From Oculina patagonica (taxonomy: Eukaryota): a stretch of DNA of 64,000 bases. The notes beneath the pieces were generated by a model. The model was not told where the DNA came from. It searched no databases and was given only the letters and a program-made list of their open reading frames with translations. A program made the translations under genes and the position numbers. The DNA lies in the NCBI RefSeq assembly GCF_052425735.1, contig NC_135765.1, positions 11,780,001 to 11,844,000 of the forward strand, given 5' to 3'. Of the stretch, positions 59,862 to 64,000 are shown one piece after another. Positions within the stretch are counted from its first letter, which is position 1. Each line of letters starts with the position of its first letter.

Positions 59862-62800
59862 ATGAAGGCCTTCTTTCTACTGAGCGTCTCTCTTTGCCTC
59901 GCCTTAGGTATGGTATAGTTTTAACGTTGTTTTAGAACTTTGTTTTGACAAAAGTAGAGGGTGAAATTTAATTTTGGCTTTCCCTTGGTGTTCACTGTCG
60001 CGTTTTGGAGAGAGATCGTGCGATCTCATGATTGAAACCTTGGATCATCTCTTCATTATAAGTTGTGGATAGCTAAATTGAAATACGATTGATGGTGGCT
60101 TTGCATAATGCATTTCTCATGAAACAATTCTTATTTCGTGACTCTATGTGTCGAACAATGAATGACAAGCATGGACAGTGATCTTGCGAGAGCTAGCGAA
60201 GCACTAAAAATGTTTAAATATCTGTTTCTAGCAGAGCTTCTATTTCGGTTACAAATTGCTTTCGAGTATATATGGTGGAAATATAGGTCTTTCGAAACTG
60301 CAGTTTCCAAAGTTTTGTCATCTAAATACAGCGCGACAGTTCGTAGACTACATTGCAATCATTTGGTGACATTAGGTGGGGTCTTGCAGATAATAAATTC
60401 TGCTAGATTCAATTTGGCACATAGTTCATGATATTTGCTGTCCGATGCTACCCGATCTGTTTTCCCATTTTGTTTTTATTATGGAGGCTTGCCAATGTAC
60501 CGCATGTTTGTTGATTGTGTTGTGCTTTCGTTTTTTAGCTTCCGCGAGCAATGGACCTGGTGGAAACATCACGGTGGATGCCGAAGCCAGTAAGTGATTA
60601 ATTCCTAAATCTACTCAGTATTTAGATTAGTCAACAATAAAGTATTTAGAAGTAATTTATTTTTAAGATCACAATTTGCAATAGTAAAATGGGAAGGAGT
60701 ATATAAATGATACTAACAAGAAGAACACAATCCAAGCTGGCTTTACCTGCCTACCAATTCTCTGCTCACTTGTTTGACTTCACATAAACAATATTTCACT
60801 AGATACTTAATAATGCCCCTCTTTGTTCACCGCCCCATGTGCTCATTGAAGACTGATTTGAATACTTATTTTCCGTGACAAATGCCGTCTATTATACTTA
60901 TGCTGTTTAGAAATCTTAAACTAATGTTCTTGCTGCGAGACACGATCGAAAAAACTTGATTTTTCTTTCATGCTGTTCAAGACAGCGAAGATTAAAACGG
61001 TATATTCTGATTTCGCGCGGAGCATTTTATTAAGCATTCAAGTTGTTTGCCTGCTATTGCAGTCGGGAGGTCGACTGGGCCTTTGTTAAGAAACGCTGGG
61101 TGCACAATTTGCGCATAATTGAGAATCGAAGAATTTACGAGAATGTTCACTTACAAGCGTTTCTGGTCTGTAGACAATGCTAATTTGCGGACACATTATT
61201 CAGAGTTGACGAAAAATGCGCATAATCCCATTTAAATTAAATAAAAATCTATACGTCTATTGTTAAACAAAGACAGTTTGTTTAAGATGATTTTGATATG
61301 TCTACATTGTTAGCTCACACCCAGTCTTATTATTACCTCTTACAACCAGCGAGGCGTATTCTCACAGTGATTTTACATTCAATAAGCGATCATGTTGAAG
61401 CTAAGTAAAATTGTAAAGAAAGAAATGGTAATGCTTTTTGAGGTAAAAAAAATGACTAATAATCAAGTGAGCAGTGCTATTTTTTCAGAGCAACTGGACA
61501 GCCGGCTTGATGAATCCAGCGTGCCCAATTTGCATATTGTTCCCAATTTTTCAAATATCAATTATGCAAAAAATACTCTTTGGACTTTGTTTTTATTATG
61601 TAAGTATGACATGCACATGCAGCTGCTAGAAGGAGTAAACAATTTCCAGTATAATGAACCTAAAAATTTCAGCGCGAGCGCTAAGCACTGAAGCACTGAA
61701 AGGCGCTGAATTTCGAGAAAGGTGGAGCTGACAAACAGGCACATACCTTTAATAATAAGGAAATTCAGAGATCTTGTTATAAAAGATTTGGTGACAAACA
61801 TTTAACTTCTTATGCGGTGCTAAATTCTTGACGCCGATATTTTTGACTTCATGTACAGTTTTGTGTTCTTAAAAAATAGATTTTAATAATAACATAGATT
61901 AGTTTCATAATTCACCAATGTCTGGCCTGAATCGATATAACTTTAAGTTAAACCAAGTGCAGTTTATCTTAGAAAGAAAGGATGCTGAAAGACCAGTATT
62001 AAAGAACAAATTGGTTCGTGAAATGGTTAGGTACGCAAACACAATGAACAAATGATTTACTTACTGACAAGCAGACACGAAATTGTAAACGGGTGAATAT
62101 ATAACTTACTGATAAAATGACCAATCGATGAACAGAATGACGTCACTGACTGGCTGACTGATCACCTGACTTAGGGATAAATGAAATAAATGAATAGATG
62201 TGTTTATAGGTAATTAGTAAAGCCCATTAACCAATGGTAGCCTTCTGAATGATGGTGTCTGAATTAGAAGAAAGTAAAGTTGTTTAAGATGTTGATATTA
62301 ATTGCTCAACTACAACTCTTTAAACATCTGGAAGAAATTGCCATTAAGAATCATAAATGCTCAGTCTAATTTTTTATACCAATGAATGTTGATATATTTT
62401 AAAAGTAAATTTTAGGTAAATTATATGTATTGTAATTTTAATCTTAGATTGTATTACTGGACATCTTGTTAAGACCAGCATTTTTTATAAATGCTGATAG
62501 ATTTCTTTCCAGGTTAAATAAAGCTTTTATTATTATTATTATTATTATCATCATCAGTGCTGATCATGATTATTATTAATAATTATTATTCCCCTAACTT
62601 CTCTTTCTCTTTTGACTTTCAGAAATACAAGTTGTTTGCATGGCTGACTACATCGAGGTATCTCTACAGATGTCAGACTACCCAGGCCTTATTGTGAACG
62701 ACTCTGTCCTTCACCTTGAAGACGAGGCTTGCGTTGCTGGCTATAAAGATGACAGTATGGTTAAGTTTACGTTTGGGCTTGAGGCCTGCAACACCCAGAT

Positions 62801-63833
62801 GGAAGACGATGGAGACAAGATTTACTACAAGAACACGCTCTACCTCAAAGCAGATGAAAAGTCTAACGATAGCGCGATAACCCGTGAGCACACAGGAGTT
62901 ATTCCGTTTCAGTGTGGGTATGACAAGAAGACCGTCATCTCAAAAGTGTCGTACGATCCAAGATCCACTCTTCTCATAACAGACGCAGGTAACTTGGCAA
63001 CTTCATGTTCTTTTGGAATCAAATAGCCTACGTTGCGGGGCTGAGTTTGTCTGCAACGCAGGCTAGGAATCAAGCGCTTCAGTCTAAACATGTTTTAGCT
63101 GAATTGGTTGATATGCATGCTCCAGTTGAACACTTTCGAACTATTTTTGCAATTGATTAGAACACGGTTTCTCCTGGGGAGTAACATGGCGGTCGGTGGC
63201 TATGCTATTTCTTCTTTCGTGTCTTCAAAACTTGTAAGAGATTGATAAAAATGCGGGATACGAATCGGCCAATCAAATAAGAGGATTTAGCAGCGTTATA
63301 GCGTTGTTTTTGGGCAGCCTGCCTCTAGTATTAGTCGATATGTCTAGGAAGTGATCGTTTTGAAGATTGAAAGTAATTTCCAATTTTTAATACCAATTCC
63401 AATTCGAAAACCAGCTAAAAAGTATTTTAATATTTTTTTCCCCAAAAGAACTGTGACGAAAACATCTAACAAACCGAAAATGGTTAACTAACAACCCATT
63501 TGCCTGTTGCAGTGCACATGATTTTTGACGATTGTTAACAACAATAAGGACATCTGATGAGGACCTGGCAAATCTAAAAAGTTTTATATCATTCTTTTTA
63601 CTATTCCTAGATGGGTTTGGCAACTTTACATATTTCATGGATATGTACGAGGATGACAGCAACAACGAAACAGTCACGGAGTTTCCAAAGGAAGTCGGTT
63701 TGGGCCAGAAGATGTACTTTGGTTTCCGAGTGCAGTCTGGTGACTCGGAATTGGTTGTGTTCCCTGATCTCTGCAAAGCCACAGCATCATCAAGCTTTGA
63801 TTCCACTCCCGACCATCTTATCATTGAAAACGC
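59862..63833 (+). CDS. ZP-domain protein, 5' part (signal peptide, ZP-N, start of ZP-C; continues past the right edge)
   Basis: Exons 59862-59907 (MKAFFLLSVSLCLAL), 60539-60589, 62623-62988 (IQVVCMADYIEVSL...LHLEDEAC...FGLEACNT...ITREHTGVIPFQCGY), 63611-63833 (DGFGNFTYFMDMY...VVFPDLCKAT...IIEN). Phases are consistent. Confidence 0.88.
63024..63065. mobile_element. 42-bp TAGCCT-ended micro-MITE with 9-bp TSD
   Basis: TAGCCTACGTTGC...GCAACGCAGGCTA flanked by GGAATCAAA/GGAATCAAG. Confidence 0.7.
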
Positions 63834-64000
63834 GTAAGTTGAAACTATCTATTAAACTGAAATAACGGAATAGAGCAGTGTCGTAAAACCAAACCCAAAG
63901 TAATCACTCTGGCCAATCACAAAGGACACTCTAAACAAATACATGTAGCTGGCACGAAGCGCGGGGAAACGTGCGCAAGCGAATCACGATTGGTTTTGGT

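Noticed and set aside
63553-63580. CTGATGAGG as a third hammerhead
   Set aside because: No stem II closure or GAAA/UH downstream.

Overview
AT-rich, intron-containing animal genomic DNA. The repeat families, gene content and frequent TACATGTA motifs suggest a stony coral or other anthozoan cnidarian (inference). Protein genes: (1) the 5' part of MED12 on the minus strand (11 exons, running off the left edge), head-to-head only 95 bp from (2) a complete 12-exon SUCLA2; (3) an LRRC74-like LRR plus EF-hand gene with an uninterrupted CDS; (4) a membrane D8C-CUB-ZP protein; (5) an intronless melatonin-receptor-like GPCR; (6) an intronless atypical SDR oxidoreductase of microbial type (horizontal transfer candidate); (7) a signal peptide plus Calx-beta unit with a frameshift; (8) a second ZP gene running off the right edge. 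Introns and spacers hold many non-autonomous transposons. The most notable non-coding items are a 5.3-kb TTAA-flanked foldback element with ~1.13-kb inverted arms in a MED12 intron, two Penelope-type palindromes carrying minimal hammerhead ribozymes, and a series of very small (30-189 bp) TAGCCT-ended elements. No CRISPR array, rRNA or intact tRNA gene was seen. All coordinates were read by hand and no database searches were run.
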